A DNA stretch of 64,000 bases from positions 128,462,269 to 128,526,268 of the forward strand of contig NC_068982.1 in the NCBI RefSeq assembly GCF_001194135.2, given 5' to 3'. Positions 42,564 to 55,550 of the stretch are shown in pieces; within the stretch, counting starts at the first letter, position 1; each line of letters opens with the position of its first letter. The position numbers and the translations under genes were made by a program. The notes beneath the pieces were generated by a model. The model was not told the origin of the DNA. It made no database searches and saw only the letters and a program-made list of their open reading frames with translations. Source of the stretch: Octopus bimaculoides (Eukaryota).

Positions 42564-45500
42564 ACAAATTTGTAGTGCATATATTTACAGTCCTAGATTT
42601 TCTTTTGAAAAAAAAAGATAATATAACTCAATAACGTTCAAACCTAGAGGGATATCAGCACTCATGTATATACCTTTACAAATGTGATGAATTGTGATCT
42701 TTATAATTGATTTCACAAGTATTTCAATAATAACAAAGCGGTACACAGAAGACAATATCATTTTTGTTTTAATTATTGCTGATCTATACAACTGACATTG
42801 CTGAACATAAAAAAAAAACAAATAACAAAACACCTACATAAATACACCACATACACATACATATGCGCATACATGTACACAGACACACATACAACCATAA
42901 ATATACATACACTGAAGTTGCTAACAGCTTATTTGTAGGATATTTCACAACATAATGTTGGTACAATACATAAGCAAACAAACAGGGATAAACTGGTATA
43001 ATTATATATTACAAAATTCTTTACAACAAACTTTCATATTTACTGGCCTAAGTTCAAAGGAAATATTTATGAAATTGCATATCATATTTTCACACCAAAC
43101 CTGTTTCAAAAAAATTCATTTCCCATTTATACCTTTTTCTTCCAATATTTTGTATGCCAACACTTTGATATAGTATGATTATATATTATTTTATATCATA
43201 ATATTATTACAATATTATTTTATTTGATTTATAAATATTTTTTACATATTAATCATATACAGAAACATTTTCAAGCTTAAACCCTTTTGTTCTCTTTGTC
43301 AAATATATATAGATTATTTATACATTTTACTAAATTGTATCAGTTGTTAATGTTAATGTTGATATATCTATATATTTCTTCAGCAAATATATATAAATAG
43401 TTGTATCATCAATTATGTATGTGTGTCCACACAAAGGTTTTGTTTATATTCCATACTATATCAAAAAGTTGACATGCTATTTTGTTGTGTAAATATGCTT
43501 TAGTTATCATAATTAAGCACAAATTATCACAACCCCTATCAGCTTCTAATAAATCATGTAGTTTGTTCTATATGTTGCCAGAAATTTGCATAATCTTTAT
43601 AATCAAACAAAGAAAATACGGAATATATATATATATATAAACAAACAGAACATTATATTACCAAATCTATAACAGAACTTTTAGAAAATAATTAATACAA
43701 AATATTTCAAATCATTAGAGTTTGGAAAATGTCTTAAATAAAAAATATTCATAATTTAATTTTGACTCTAGCATTTACAGTTAAAGAATTCAATTAATCA
43801 AATGCAAAATGAAATTTTATACATTATTGAGTTACATTTCCAGATCAATTAATTGTTATGATCCATGACTACAATTCATAATAAGCAACAGAAACTGTTT
43901 TTAGTGTTAGCTTTCTGTCAGGTTTAATTAGTATATATTTAGCAGCCTTCATAGAAACTGTGACAACACATGATAGCCATTAATGGTCAAATGTATCTCT
44001 TAAACAAAATTATATTACATCTGAGACATGACATTAACACTGAGACAACAAGAGACAGGAAGCAAAATAATCCAAAATACAAAAATGAAAAAATATTCAC
44101 ATATCTATTTCTATACAGTTAGAATATATATAATCAATATGAGTCTGCCATTTCAAAGCAAGCTAAGCAGAAACGTACACAAACACAAAACATTTGTAAA
44201 GTATTATTCATTCTCTCTCTCTCTCTTTCTCCCCCCTCCCCCTCTCTCTCTTTCATTTTAATTAAAATTCTAGTAATTTTCTTAGTCACTTATATGCTTA
44301 TTTCACAGTAAGAAACTGTTATAGAGTATGGTATATTATAGACTTTCATGCAGTTTCCTTAAGCCAACAGGCTCATGATAATCTGCATAAGTTACTGTGC
44401 TTAACCAAATTTTTAAGGCATTTAAGGCTGAAAAATCCTTCTCCCCACTGAACAGTTCATCCCAGGGCTAATATCCAGGTGCCACTGGTAATTACATTCA
44501 GCTGAGTGTACTGGAAATTAAGTGTTCTGTTCAAAGAAATGATGTACCACTTGGATCAAAAGAATCAAACCTGCATCTTAAAGATCATGAATCCAGCATT
44601 CAAACCACTAACCTGTACCTTCACTTTCATATAGTAGCATACCAAATTCTTTCACTCACTATCATCAGTACTTACTAGTCTCAAAGCAATTCAAAATCAT
44701 TGATAAAACTGACCTATCCTTGCTTGTTGTGTTCAAATCTTTTCCTTTTTCAATAGATTTATATTACAATGGGATCACAGCCTTACCACAATTTTAAAAG
44801 ATAATGATTTATACTAGCTTCTTTATATAAAATGCATACATAAATTATAACCAATGCAAATATTAATTAATAGTCAAATGAGATATCTCTGTACAACTGT
44901 TGTTCTTTATTTGCAGTCTTATTAACATATTCTAATGAGTTCATCTTTATAAAACTCTGATTTTCTATATTTATCAATGCATTTATATATCACTTGTAAC
45001 TAATTGCATTTTTCAAACATATATTATATATTTCTTGCTTGATATTTATATTAATGTTAACCTTAGATATTGAAAATGGTTACAAGAAATAGTTTTGAGT
45101 GTTTTATAAGTACTTTAAAAGGTGCTCTACTCATTCTGATAATACTTCAAGAACATCATGAATATAAGAACTACCGCCAGAAAATATATTTCCCTTTCTT
45201 TTAAAACAACAACATGAATCACACATCATAAGATTGCTATATTAAATGACAATGTTTCTTTCTTGACTTTTACTCAGAATCTTTAATAAAATAATGATCA
45301 GAAAACACTTACAACATAGTAATATATAAGTAATATGAAAATTCCTTCAAAATATTCCAGGAAATAGTATAAATCAGCTTTATATACCTCTTCTCAAACC
45401 ACTTATCGAAATACAAAATAAACTCGAATAGATTTTATATGAAGAATGAGAAAGAGCTTATATAATGTATATAAGTATTGCTAAGTTAATTTACATTTGG

Positions 45501-45944
45501 AGACAATTATACTGGGAAAAGAAAATCTCATTACAATATTTTACTCTTAAAAACCAAACGAATTTTATTTTTCTGTTTAAGAATATGGTATGCTTATATA
45601 CACAAAACAGATGCAAAACATTGTTCTACTTTGCCAAAAGCATAGACAACATTTTTTTTTCTGTTCATTTAAGCATTAAATACTTGCATGTTTTGATAGA
45701 AATATAAAGCAAAGTGACAAAGAACAATTTCTGGCAACATATAAAGCTTATCACATTGGTTAGCAACTTCAGCAACAACCACCAATTTTTGAATTATTCA
45801 CTTATAAGTTTGAAACTAAATCACTTTGTTTTGATTTTGTTTTCTTTAGCTAAAGTATTTGGTTTAAAAGATTAAAGGATTCATTGCGCAAACATTTTAT
45901 TTTCTTACTGAATAAGCAGGTTAACATGATGTTGTGTTTGTTAA

Positions 45945-45971
45945 CCCCATACCACCCCCACCCCCACCCCC
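45945..45971 (-). other. G-quadruplex-forming motif G5-T-G5-T-G5-TGGTAT-G4 on the minus (Ig-gene sense) strand
   Basis: Plus strand ccccataccacccccacccccaccccc; four G-runs with loops of 1, 1 and 6 nt. Confidence 0.6.
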
Positions 45972-46863
45972 ACAGAAGAGCAAATTAAAATGAGTGTATG
46001 AAATTGAAATAAAAGCCAAACTTTATTTCAATTTTTTTCCATTTTAGTCTATATCATTGTTAATATATTTTTTTTTATTTTAGAATAAAGTTTTTTTTTG
46101 TTATTAATTTTTTGTCCTTCTTTTATGGACATTTTCTTCTTTTATCCAACAGTAAAATCACACAATATCTCAAAAGCAGAATTACTGAAATAGTAATCTA
46201 CTTTAGAACTCAAATATTTCACAAGAGTTTCAGTTTACCAAGTGACATTAATTTGGGAAGGGGTAAAAAAAAAAAACATTAAAAGAAAAGACCCTGCAAG
46301 TGTTCAAATCTTAGTTTTTTTTTTGTTTGATTTATACTAAAAAAAGATTACATCCTTACCAAATTAAAAAATATATATATATATTAATTTATATTAATTT
46401 CTTCATGTAAAAAGTATATGTAAAACACAACAAATGCAAATGTTAATTAGATAATCAAATGAGATGTCTGTAATTTTATTCAGCTGCTTATTACAATGCT
46501 GATTAAGTTTAAAGTATAACTAAATAAAAGAATGGAAATAAAAATTTAAAATTTAAACTATAGTTTAGGTGTAGATAAAGGAGAGAAAAATTAAGACAGG
46601 AATTCAATTAAAAAAAGAAAAGAAAAAATTTAGCAGAAGAAAAAACTAATAGAAAAAATATTTACTATTAACTGACCAATTTAATAACTAACTGCCTAAT
46701 GAGTTTGACATCTCTCCCAATAATCTTTCAATTAGATGAATGTCTTTCAAATATCCATTTCTTATGGAAAGGACCTAGATTTGATCATTGACTTCATTGG
46801 TGTTTGTTGGTATCACATTCTGGAAATGTTAGACTAACGGAATCAGGAGATGTAATAACTCAC

Positions 46864-47221
46864 CATCTGACGTCTGATTCTCCAGAGGTTTTGCATTCCA
46901 ATACTGCATCCTCACCTTCGGTAACTACAATATCATCAAATTTCTGAGTAAAAGATGGATCGATTTCTCGTTCCTCTCCACTGCATGGAGCAGCAGCAGC
47001 AGAGGTGGTCACCTTGTAATCAGAGACATGACTGGGAGTCATTTTCTCAGCAGGCTTCACCGTCTGTGAAACACTTTTTACACCCCCCTCAATTGTTTGG
47101 CTGTCACTGATGACTTCAATTTGAGGAACAGGTTTCTGTGTCTTCACAACACAGTCTAGACGAACATCAGTGCCTTCGATAACATCGATTGTATGAGGTA
47201 AATGTTTTACGAAGAATGGAG
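46864..47221 (-). CDS. Internal coding exon (358 bp, phase 1 to 2) of an I-set Ig-domain protein, titin/sallimus/unc-89-like
   Basis: Acceptor ttttcttttactttcag|CT and donor AGATG|gtgagt. Reads APFFVKHLPHTIDVIEGTDVRLDCVV...DPSFTQKFDDIVVTEGEDAVLECKTSGESDVR(W), i.e. two I-set N-terminal motifs (PxF...VxEG..vxLxC). It ends inside the C-strand Trp codon. The family assignment rests on the motif only. Confidence 0.88.
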
Positions 47222-47336
47222 CTGAAAGTAAAAGAAAAAAATGCAAGAAATGTAACATTAAATTTAGAATTCCCAAATAAATTACAAAGCAATTTACAAC
47301 AGATATGTTGGCATTTAAGAAAGAAAGAAATTTAAC

Positions 47337-47368
47337 CTGGAGGACTGATTAGAACATCCTCATCATTT
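47337..47368 (-). CDS. 32-bp micro-exon upstream of the Ig exon (NDEDVLISPP)
   Basis: Acceptor ctctatttttcattttaag| and donor CCTCCAG|gttaaa. Phase 2 to 1, joining the Ig exon in frame (G|CT = Ala) across a 115-bp intron. Confidence 0.65.
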
Positions 47369-48824
47369 CTTAAAATGAAAAATAGAGAACAAATTTGTCA
47401 AATTTATCATTGAAATATCAGCAAATTATTAAATAAATCTTGGGTGGTTATTTTGGAAAGTTGATATAAAAATATTTCCAAGTGACAATAAAAAACAATA
47501 GAATAAAGTAAAGATATATTGGTTATAAATATTTAAAACTGAAGAAATAAAGCAGCTAACACATATTTACTTGGTTAGCTAGAAACTGTTCAGGTCTAAA
47601 TAGTTTTTAAAAAATACTTTTGATTTCAAGTTTTAAATCATGGAATAAAAGAATGTCATAAAATTAAGAAATTTTTTAATGGAAAACTAATTAGAAAATT
47701 CAGAATAATATTATCATCACCATCATAGTCATCATCACCGTCATCGTTGATGTTGCCGTCAGCGTTGTCGTTGTCGTCTTCCTCCTCATCATCATCATCA
47801 ACAATTGCACCAGTACCACAATAATACATACATACATGCAGACACAGATACAGACACACACATATGCACACACACACAAACATACTCACTCATACATATA
47901 CACAGTGCTGTCATCGTCATGATCATCATCATCATCAACATTGTCATCATTATTTAACATTTGTCTTCTATTCCTGCATGACTAGAATGGTTCAACAGGA
48001 TCTGATGAGTTGCAGTGTTGCATAAAACTCGCGCGTGTGTGTGTGTGTGTGTATGTGTGTGTGCACAAATATTTATGCATATATATATATATATATGTAT
48101 GTATATGTATGTGTGCACATGTGTGTGTGGGGGTTCGTGTGTGTGTACTTATATGCTGTTGTTTAATCTGTCCCACTTCATTTCATTCTTTTTCTATTCT
48201 TAATATCTCTCTAACTCTTCCCCACCCCCATCCATACTTTAAAAGAAAGTATTTGCTTTATTTTTTCTCTAAGTCTTTTATCCATTCAGGTTCACTCTTC
48301 ATGCTTTCACATTATTATTTAAACACATCTTTCCTCCTTTTGGAAATTTTCTATACCAAGAACACTCTAATTTGTATATGTAATTCTAGAAGTGCAACAA
48401 AACTAGTTATTCCTAATCAAATTCATCAGTCTATTCCAATATCGAATCCTTTATGTAGGACTCTTACCAAAGACTTTCTTTTGCCAAATGTTATGAAATA
48501 CTACGTTTATATCATTTTCACATTTCTCCAAATATTTTCACTTCGTTGGGCCATTTGTGGCAATAGGAGGTCACTTGTAATTCTAGAAAAACCATGCTAC
48601 TACAATGCAGAGAAACAGAAAGTGTTTTTATTTTTAAGTCTTCTATCATTATTTAAGAGCAATAGGTTGAATGAAGTTAGAAAGACATTCTATATTTGAA
48701 AACAGTATATGCACTGAGATACTGGTCAATTTCATCATCATCATCATCATTATCATCAGTAGCAGCAGCAGCAGCAGCAATTAACTGTTTGCTTAGATAG
48801 AAAATGACAAGGAACTAGGAGTTG

Positions 48825-49197
48825 CGGCCAGTTTTACTGCACTTGAGAAGATGCGTCAAACCAAGTAAAATCATTGTCATCTGTACATACAGGGTTGTCC
48901 TTTACAGGTGCCGGTGCCACATGAAATCCATACCCATGCCAGTGGCACCTAAAAAGCAGCTGACACACTCCATAAATTGGTTGGCATTAGGTAGGGCATC
49001 TAGCCATAGAACCTTAGCCACAAGAGACAATTGGAGTCTGGACAGTTCCTCCAGCTGGCCAGCTCCTGTCACTTGTCCAACCCATGCCAGCATGGAAAAC
49101 AGACGTTAAACAATGATAATGATGAGATGATTGGAATTTGCTGAGGCAGATTTTCCATGGCTGGATGTCCTTCTTGTCACCAACCCTTACTAGTTGC
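48825..49197. mobile_element. Two RTE-tail repeats tail-to-tail (plus 48825-49125, minus about 49127-49197)
   Basis: The plus copy ends in gat repeats and is followed by the reverse complement of agggttggtgacaagaaggacatccagccatggaaaatctgcc. Confidence 0.75.
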
Positions 49198-49534
49198 ATG
49201 TACACACACACACACACAAACACACACACATACATACATGTGTGATGCATGTGTGTGTGTGTGAGTAAATCTATATATTGATATGTTATTTTATCACCCC
49301 TGGAGTAATGAAAGGCAAAGTTGACCCTAACAGTATTTAAACTGGGAACATAAAGAGCCAGGTCTAATACCCCTAGACATTTTATTGTTAATCTAACTCT
49401 GCCAATCTGCTACTCTAATAATAATTCCCTATCCAGAACATACTCTTTAAAGATTTAAATAAATAACTATGCCAAATCACTAGCTGATAGAATTTAGGGC
49501 CATATATTGTGATTGGTATATCTTATCTATTTTT

Positions 49535-49890
49535 GTTTCAGTCATTGAACTGCAGCAGTGTTGGTGCATTATTTTGAAGGGTTTAATCAAATAAATTGAC
49601 CCCTGTATTTTCTATTTCAATTCTGATACTTATTCTATCAATATCTTTTGATGAGCCTCTAAATTTTAGGGATAGGAGACACAAACAGACCAACACACTC
49701 ACGCACATGCATGCATGCATGCCCCCCCCCGCACACACACACATGCATGCACACTCCACGTCATTTCTGTCTACCAAATTCACTCACAAAGCATTGGTAA
49801 GCCTCAGGTTACAGTAGAAAACCTGCTCATGGTGCTGCTGTGTAGTGCAACTGAACCTGAAACCACACGACTGCAAAGTGAGCTTCCTAA
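49535..49890 (-). mobile_element. tRNA-headed SINE (family B)
   Basis: Same modules as 20810-21216. Confidence 0.75.
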
Positions 49891-50038
49891 CCACAGCCAT
49901 GCCTGCACCAATAGTTACTATATAATTTTCTTTTATTAATTTAAATAAATTTATTTCACATAAGCATTTGTTATTGCCTCAACTCGTTTTTATACAAGCA
50001 TTGTGTATGTGGCGATGAAATGATAATTGGAAACTTAC

Positions 50039-50066
50039 TGTTGTAGATAGAAACCGATGAGCTCAG
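50039..50066 (-). CDS. 28-bp micro-exon candidate (ELIGFYLQ)
   Basis: Acceptor gtaatattttag| and donor ACAACA|gtaagt. The phase 1 to 2 frame is open and joins the 32-bp exon in frame (CA|A = Gln). Confidence 0.55.
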
Positions 50067-50811
50067 CTAAAATATTACCTAGCATCATAATATCCTATTC
50101 ACATATTTTAAATACATTGATAAGAAGCATTTCTTTTTCTTTTCACACAAAATGTGTATAACAAAATGTATTTATATCTCCAAACGAGAGAATCATTACA
50201 AAACAAAGAAAATATTTACAATAACATTTGCAGAACAAGATTCCTTTTCACCTAGTTGTCAGACTTACTTATTATTGTTTGTACAGATGATATTTCACTT
50301 GTCAATGTCTAGCTAAGAAATGAATCTATTTTTGCAATTTCTTTTAACTTCTCACAGGTAGAGAAGGCATGTGAGCAGCCAGTGTTGACATGTATACACT
50401 ACTCTCCAAACAAAGTAGCTAGTTTTTAATGAGCTTTAACATTAAATATGTTAACACATGCTTAGCTATAAAACGTTCACTCTTTTAATCCACTTGATAG
50501 GTAAAATATAACTTTTAATGATATATGGATATTTAAGAGAAGATAACAGTACTAAACCCTTATCATGAAAACTGTATTCCAGATACTAATTATAACTTTT
50601 GCTTTTCTCTAAATTAACAGGAATAATTCTCATGCTATAAAAAATAAAAGTATAGTAACATATGATCAGTCATTTTATTACATGGTAATAAAAGTGTCAA
50701 TTAAATTTGAATAATAATAATGAAAGAGTAATTCTAGGCCATTAGGTTTACTCAGTTACTAAATATACATAAATGTATATTCCCATATTAATATGCATAT
50801 AAATAGGTTTC

Positions 50812-51228
<417 letters not shown>

Positions 51229-51946
51229 AGTAGTAAAAATATNNNNNNNNNNNNNNNNNNNNNNNNNNNNNNNNNNNNNNNNNNNNNNNNNNNNNNNNNN
51301 NNNNNNNNNNNNNNNNNNNNNNNNNNNNNNNNNNNNNNNNNNNNNNNNNNNNNNNNNNNNNNNNNNNNNNNNNNNNNNNNNNNNNNNNNNNNNNNNNNNN
51401 NNNNNNNNNNNNNNNNNNNNNNNNNNNNNNNNNNNNNNNNNNNNNNNNNNNNNNNNNNNNNNNNNNNNNNNNNNNNNNNNNNNNNNNNNNNNNNNNNNNN
51501 NNNNNNNNNNNNNNNNNNNNNNNNNNNNNNNNNNNNNNNNNNNNNNNNNNNNNNNNNNNNNNNNNNNNNNNNNNNNNNNNNNNNNNNNNNNNNNNNNNNN
51601 NNNNNNNNNNNNNNNNNNNNNNNNNNNNNNNNNNNNNNNNNNNNNNNNNNNNNNNNNNNNNNNNNNNNNNNNNNNNNNNNNNNNNNNNNNNNNNNNNNNN
51701 NNNNNNNNNNNNNNNNNNNNNNNNNNNNNNNNNNNNNNNNNNNNNNNNNNNNNNNNNNNNNNNNNNNNNNNNNNNNNNNNNNNNNNNNNNNNNNNNNNNN
51801 NNNNNNNNNNNNNNNNNNNNNNNNNNNNNNNNNNNNNNNNNNNNNNNNNNNNNNNNNNNNNNNNNNNNNNNNNNNNNNNNNNNNNNNNNNNNNNNNNNNN
51901 NNNNNNNNNNNNNNNNNNNNNNATATATATATACATATATATATAT

Positions 51947-51998
51947 CATCATCGTCGTTTAACGTCCACTTTCCATGCTAGCATGGGTTGGACGATTT
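51947..51998 (-). mobile_element. RTE-tail repeat (family A), 3' tip
   Basis: catcatcgtcgtttaacgtccactttccatgctagcatgggttggacg is the reverse complement of the family 3' end. Confidence 0.8.
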
Positions 51999-53279
51999 GA
52001 TTGAGCTTCTTACCATACACTCATGCCTGTGCCTATTTACTTATATTAGTTAAGCACAAGGCCTGAAATTTAGGGTAGGGTGTTAGACAATTAAATTGAC
52101 ATCTGTATTTCAGCTACCCTGAAAGGATAAAAGCATAGTTGACTTCTATGGGACTTGAACTCAGAATGTGAAGTGCTAGAACACATACCACAAGGCATCA
52201 TGTTTCACACTTTAATGATTCTGCCAATCCACTGCATAATAAAAAGGATGGGGTACAGGTCAGAATTAGTGGAGTGTTGGACAAATATTTAGTTCCATTC
52301 CTGAATTAAAATCCTGTTAAGGATAATAATGGTTTCAAATTTCAGTACAAGACCCGCAGATTTTAGCCAATTTTATTAATTCCAGTATTTGAGTGCCTGA
52401 CTGAAACTGGTTATTTGATCCTGAAAGTGTGAAAGACAAAGTTGATCTTGGCTAGATTTGAAACCAGAACATAAAGGTGGTTTCAAATCCCACCAAAATC
52501 AGCTTTACCTTTCATCCTTTTGGGGTTGATAAAATAAAGTACCAGTCTCAAGTACTGGAGTTAAATATAATAAATACAGGTTCATTAGGCTGGAGTTTAT
52601 CCCAGTTTCCATGTCATATGACCAGCCAAGACTAAAATACTCCTCCTTCCTCTCAACTACTGAGTTTCCAGATAGACCATTTTACTCTACACCCCTTCAA
52701 TTAACTAAAGTTAGCCATGAATGAGATCTATAGTTGAAGCCTTCCAGCTACGAGTATCCCACCTTCACATACAGAGTTCATTTTAGACTACATTATCCAT
52801 TGTATCCTTCCACTATTTGAAAATGATAGAATGTGATTTTAATGAAATTTGATGACTATTTCTAACAGGGTGAGTGACTACATAGATGCTCATATCAATC
52901 TTCCATTTCTCAGTAATTTCTTTCTGCTATTGTTATTTTTTTCACTAACATTCACTCCCCTTCATTATTATCCCTGACTCACTTCATTTTTTTTTCTCTT
53001 ACTCATGCTCCTCTTACTTGTACTTTTCTTTCGCAACCTTTTGTTCCACCCCTCTCTATATTTCAATGTCTGCTCTTATGACTGCTTGTCTATGATGCTG
53101 CTAACTGCAAGATATTTCTCTCCCTCAGGCTGTCTTTTTTCTCAGTCTCTCACATATCTATTTATCTATCTATCTATCTAATCTGTCTTTATAATTTCTT
53201 CTTTATCAGCCTATCCTTTTGGTTGCTTGCCAAAAGGGTTTACACCATCTTTACAGAATCTTCTTTCCCCTCACTTCAT

Positions 53280-54910
53280 GACTATGATGGTTCTATGAGT
53301 AGAAAAACCTGCAGAAATATCTCCACATTCACTGTCAGCTTTGCAGTCAATTTCACATTGCACATATTTGGCAAATCTCCAAGTTTATCCTTCCCTCTGC
53401 TTCAGGTCCTCTATATTGCATACACATGCCAATGGCGAAAATATTTTTGGTGGCTTCAAACCAACAAGGTTACTGGCCTTGACATTATCCTTTCCATTAC
53501 TTTCAAATTTTACATTACAGAGCTACCCCATTGTACTCAATAAATTCTTCAATTTCTCTTTCTCTCCTTCTCTACAGGGATCTACCTTGCTTTTTTTGGA
53601 GACACATTACCATGCATTCCATTCCCAAGAAAAGAAACTCCTCTGATGGTAATAGAGTCAGCCATTTGCAACAAGATCTTCCAACACCATCTATCTCTGT
53701 TACAGTTTCTGTAAAGTCAGACCTGCTGATGACCTACTATTTATGTTACCCACCTGTATGATTTTGCCTTGGAAAAATTTAGTGAAAGCAATATTGTCAA
53801 CATGGACATCAGCAAAGCTTTCATCTATGTTTGGCATGCAAATCTTCTATTAAAACTACCTACATATCAGGTCACATATGAGCTCTATTCATTTCATATC
53901 TCTTGGATGGAACTTTTTTGCAGATAACACTACCACAGAGATAGAACTCTGTCCCTCATTCTGTCAACTCTGGCATGTCCCAGGGTTCAGTTTTGTCCCC
54001 TAATCATTTCTTTCTATACATCAATGACTTATTTGCTGTCATGTCCCACTCTAATGTAGATGACACTATTGTTGATTCATTCCTAACTTTCCCCAACTGT
54101 GCATCCTCTGTGTAACCTGGATACCACTCAAAAAATCCATACCAATCCTATGAACAGAAACCTCAAAATCATCCTCTCATGGAGATATGCCAATTCTATC
54201 TCTTTCAGGAGAAAGAAAATTAATGCTATTCATATCAAGAAACCATCATCTCACCACAACCTTCTTAATCATGAACTAATACAACTAGAAACCCAATCAC
54301 TCCAAATTTTGAGCTTCAGCATCACTGAGAGTTTCTTCTTATGAAAACACATCTTTAACATAGTAGGACTGGATGCCAGTAAGTGGTTCTTCTCTTAAAG
54401 GCTTCATCTCCCAACAGTTAGTGATACTCAACAAGGTGTTGATGAAGTTCACATTTGGGAAGTCACTGATGTTGTATACAGAAATCCAAGATTGTATACA
54501 GAAAAGAGCAATCTGATTGTTTGTCATAGAGACACATATAAACACACTCTGATCTCTGACCTACAAGCACACTGCCTCTTCTCTCTCTCTCGGTACTATA
54601 ATGGCCTCTGCTCTTCAGACTTGGCTGAGTTCATACCATCTCCACTCTGAAATATTTGATCCACTCATTTCCCCTCCTCTCATACCCTTATTGTGCCCAA
54701 ATTCCACCTGGCTTCTCACTCATCATTATACCCAATCGCTCATTTCTAGAATATTAGCTCCTAGAACTCCCTCCTAGCTCATATTATTCCTACAGGCATT
54801 GAATTGCAATGGTTCAAGATGCACCCTATAGCATTAATCTCACATATCTCAGAGGGCCTATAAAGATCATGGTCACTGACCCTTCCTCCAGACTCAGCAA
54901 GGAATAAAAA
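53280..54910 (+). mobile_element. Decayed CR1/L2/Jockey-group LINE reverse transcriptase and 3' end
   Basis: MDISKAFIYVWHANLLLKL (LDISKAFDxVWH), SGMSQGSVLSP (GVPQGSVL), FLYINDL and NVDD (YADD). A-rich end near 54905. Confidence 0.85.
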
Positions 54911-55090
54911 GTGTTAATTTGCATAAAAGAAACATTATGATCATCATTCTTATCATCATCACAACCACTGCTACCACAAAGATGACAACAACTGTAATGA
55001 TAGCAGTAATATGTATTAAATCAATATCAATATTTTTTCTTCTCAAAAGGATTGAGAAGAATTATAGTTCTTCCAATCCCTTATCCTTTG

Positions 55091-55100
55091 CTAAAAATAG
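55091..55100. promoter_or_regulatory. MEF2 consensus site CTAAAAATAG
   Basis: Exact match to the canonical MEF2 site, about 170 bp from the NRF1 pair. AT-rich motifs also arise by chance (another copy at 32004-32013). Confidence 0.35.
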
Positions 55101-55259
55101 TCCTGACTATATCTTTGAATAATGTTTGTCATTATTATAAGATTGTAACATTTCTTTAGTCCAGCAGTAAGATCTTGCCAAACTAAATTCATGGCTTAGT
55201 ATTAATTTCATAATAGTAACCTTAAGAAACTTGTTAACATAACCCCTTGCCCCTGTAGT

Positions 55260-55550
55260 AACGCTGTGCGCATGCGTAGTCTTACGCATGCGTAGAATTA
55301 AACAACCAAGCGTTTCCCGCTCAATTCATTCTCTGTCTCGCTGGCCAGCGATTGAGCATGGACGTATTTAAGCTGTCTCTCTACATATTTCGGACTTACA
55401 CTCGACAGCTCGCTCACAACTACAGAATAACGTCCCAACAACTATGCTCATACACACAGAAGCTGTAACAACAAGAACTAAAGATATGTATGTTTACCAC
55501 CTAAATAAAGTGTTGCTTAAGTTGATAGTCTGGAGTTCAGCGTTCCGTTA
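55260..55550. promoter_or_regulatory. CpG-rich promoter-like island with two NRF1/Ewg-type palindromes
   Basis: I count 14 CpGs in 55261-55440, against a CpG-poor background. TGCGCATGCGTA at 55267-55278 and TACGCATGCGTA at 55283-55294 (NRF1 consensus YGCGCATGCGCR). Perfect palindrome TCGCTGGCCAGCGA at 55338-55351. Confidence 0.7.
55400..55462 (-). CDS. 63-bp exon candidate in the CpG island, either the first exon (ATG at 55451-55449, MSIVVGTLFCSCERAVE) or an internal symmetric exon
   Basis: Donor CGAGT|gtaagt and acceptor-like ttcttgttgttacag|. Only the phase 1 to 1 frame is open, and it matches the phase of the 28-bp exon. Confidence 0.5.

Noticed and set aside
48010-48699. 229-aa plus-strand ORF
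   Set aside because: Starts in microsatellite, has AT-rich low-information composition, and shows no domain or splice support.
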